From: a virus
Taxonomy: Duplodnaviria; Heunggongvirae; Uroviricota; Caudoviricetes
IMG/VR virus record: IMGVR_UViG_3300029079_000040
Direction: 5' to 3' (one strand)
Length of the DNA stretch: 14,279 bases
Part shown: positions 13,206-14,279 of the stretch, piece after piece
Position numbering within the stretch: position 1 is the first letter of the stretch
Layout of the letters: each line of letters starts with the position of its first letter
Program-made: the position numbers and the translations under genes
The notes under the pieces: generated by a model
What the model was told of the DNA's origin: nothing
Seen by the model: only the letters and a program-made list of their open reading frames with translations
Databases searched by the model: none

Positions 13206-14130
13206 TGATTTTTGCGCCTTTATTCTGACTCACGGGCGACCGGACAAAGTTCTGACTTACCGGACGTTGCGTCGTGCTGGCTATACCGGGAAAATTTTTA
13301 TCGTTGTTGATGATGAAGATAAGACACGGCATCAGTACATGGCTGAATTTGGTGAACAGGTGCTGGTGTTTTCCAAAGCCGATATCGCCAGTCGTTTTGA
13401 CGAAGCCGATAATTTCTGTGACCGCCGCTCAATTTTTTACGCCCGTAATGCCTGTTTCGACCTGGCAAAACTGGTCGGGTGTAAATACTTCATTCAGCTC
13501 GATGATGATTATCACGAGTTCCAGTTTCGGGTGGATCGCAACTATGACCAGGCCTATTTTCCGATAAGGAAACTGGATGCGATCCTTTCTGAAATGCTGG
13601 CGTACTACGAATCAATACCTGCTCTTTCCATCGCTATGTCGCAGGGCGGGGATTTTCTTGGTGACAATGGCGGCCATGCTTCGTGGGTGAAACGCAAGGC
13701 AATGAACAGCTTTATCTGTTCGGTTGATCGACCGTTCTCATTCATGGGGCGCATTAACGAGGATGTGAATACGTACACGAATCTCGGTCGCTGTGGTGAA
13801 TTGTTTATGACGATCGGTGCTGTCCAGTTAGGGCAGAAACAGACGCAGAAAAACAGCGGCGGAATGACCGAGCTGTATCTGGATTCCGGAACCTACGTTA
13901 AAAGTTTTTACTCCGTCATGTATGCGCCGTCGTGCGTAAAAATCTCACTGATGGGTGCCAGCCATAAACGCATTCACCATCAGGTCACCTGGAACAACGC
14001 TGCAGTAAAAATCCTTCACGAAAAATACAGGAAGAAGACACCCTGCATATCAATGGGGGTGACAAATGATTCCGTATTCGAAAGTCGAGTCTCTGGCAGC
14101 GTGCCGGATGACTGCACAACAAATCGCTGA
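13198..14130 (+). CDS. GT-A-fold-like (nucleotide-diphospho-sugar transferase-like) protein, 310 aa, with DXD-type motif
   Basis: Start at ATG 13198 (GAGGAGG upstream, ATGCGTGA overlap with the ParB-like stop). Motifs CAFILTHGRPDKV, IFIVVDDEDKT and YFIQLDDDY resemble the beta-strand/DXD pattern of GT2-type glycosyltransferases. No transmembrane segment obvious. Possibly a full-length relative of Rac ydaY. Function is an inference from motifs. Confidence 0.5.
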   Translation: MRDDFCAFILTHGRPDKVLTYRTLRRAGYTGKIFIVVDDEDKTRHQYMAEFGEQVLVFSKADIASRFDEADNFCDRRSIFYARNACFDLAKLVGCKYFIQLDDDYHEFQFRVDRNYDQAYFPIRKLDAILSEMLAYYESIPALSIAMSQGGDFLGDNGGHASWVKRKAMNSFICSVDRPFSFMGRINEDVNTYTNLGRCGELFMTIGAVQLGQKQTQKNSGGMTELYLDSGTYVKSFYSVMYAPSCVKISLMGASHKRIHHQVTWNNAAVKILHEKYRKKTPCISMGVTNDSVFESRVSGSVPDDCTTNR

Positions 14131-14279
14131 CGTTCTGGATGTTGATCTGAACCGACTGAAAGAAAATCGGGAAGCAATGACAGATTTTTATGCGGCTATC
14201 CGGTTTGATAAATATGACGGTAGCGCAACAACTTTTCTTGGTGATGCGTATATTGATACACAAACGCTTGAAATTAATA
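14066..14279 (+). CDS. 5-prime part of a gene running off the window end; HTH-like N-terminus, possibly a DNA-packaging (small terminase-like) protein
   Basis: GGGGGTGA 4 nt upstream of ATG 14066; open frame to the window end (MIPYSKVESLAACRMTAQQIADVLDVDLNRLKEN...). Overlaps the preceding gene by 65 nt. Function is a guess from position. Confidence 0.35.
   Translation, partial: MIPYSKVESLAACRMTAQQIADVLDVDLNRLKENREAMTDFYAAIRFDKYDGSATTFLGDAYIDTQTLEIN

Noticed and set aside
12584-13567. Track ORFs 12584..12790 (-), 12750..13178 (-) and 13274..13567 (+)
   Set aside because: Antisense or alternative frames within the ParB-like and GT-A-like genes.
13985-14263. Track ORF, 92 aa, minus strand
   Set aside because: Antisense to the GT-A-like gene end and the partial downstream gene; Cys/Ile-rich low-complexity translation.
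1-14279. Searched by eye for CRISPR arrays, insertion sequence terminal repeats with a transposase, integrase/att sites, and rRNA
   Set aside because: No regularly spaced direct repeats, no transposase- or integrase-like ORF, and no rRNA-like sequence were seen.

Overview
This 14.3-kb window reads as a contiguous stretch of an Escherichia coli Rac-type lambdoid prophage. It runs from the early-left (pL-like) operon, through an atypical central region, into the nin/Q region, the late promoter, the lysis cassette and the start of the packaging region. Recognised from the translated ORFs: racC-ydaE-kilR (minus strand, translationally coupled), sieB (plus), ydaF and ydaG (minus), a KilA-N domain protein, a hok-family type I toxin locus, a YeaR/DUF1971-like gene, DUF1367-like and YbcO-like nin proteins, a Q-like antiterminator, a class I holin with a lambda-S-like Met-Lys-Met dual start, lambda-R-type endolysin, Rz with embedded Rz1, the TrkG potassium transporter, a ParB/Srx-like protein and a GT-A-fold-like protein. 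I found no cI/cro-type repressor pair, no O/P-type replication genes, no integrase, tRNA, rRNA, CRISPR array or transposase. A 20-nt run of N (10489-10508) interrupts Rz/Rz1. Most worth follow-up: (1) an AT-rich promoter-gene-terminator cassette between Q and the holin, encoding a 189-aa three-helix membrane protein with an antisense-overlapping 53-aa Pro/Gln-rich ORF, at the position where related phages carry Shiga toxin and other cargo; (2) a translationally coupled ParB/Srx-like plus nucleotide-sugar-transferase-like gene pair upstream of the packaging genes, a candidate DNA-modification module; (3) an unrecognised four-gene plus-strand module in the place of the immunity/replication region; (4) a hok-type toxin whose C-terminus is frameshifted relative to HokD; (5) a YeaR-like cargo gene with an NsrR-like palindrome; (6) about 0.8 kb of AT-rich non-coding DNA with a perfect 13-bp inverted repeat. 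All gene names come from memory of protein families and synteny; nothing was checked against a database and no GC or codon statistics were computed.
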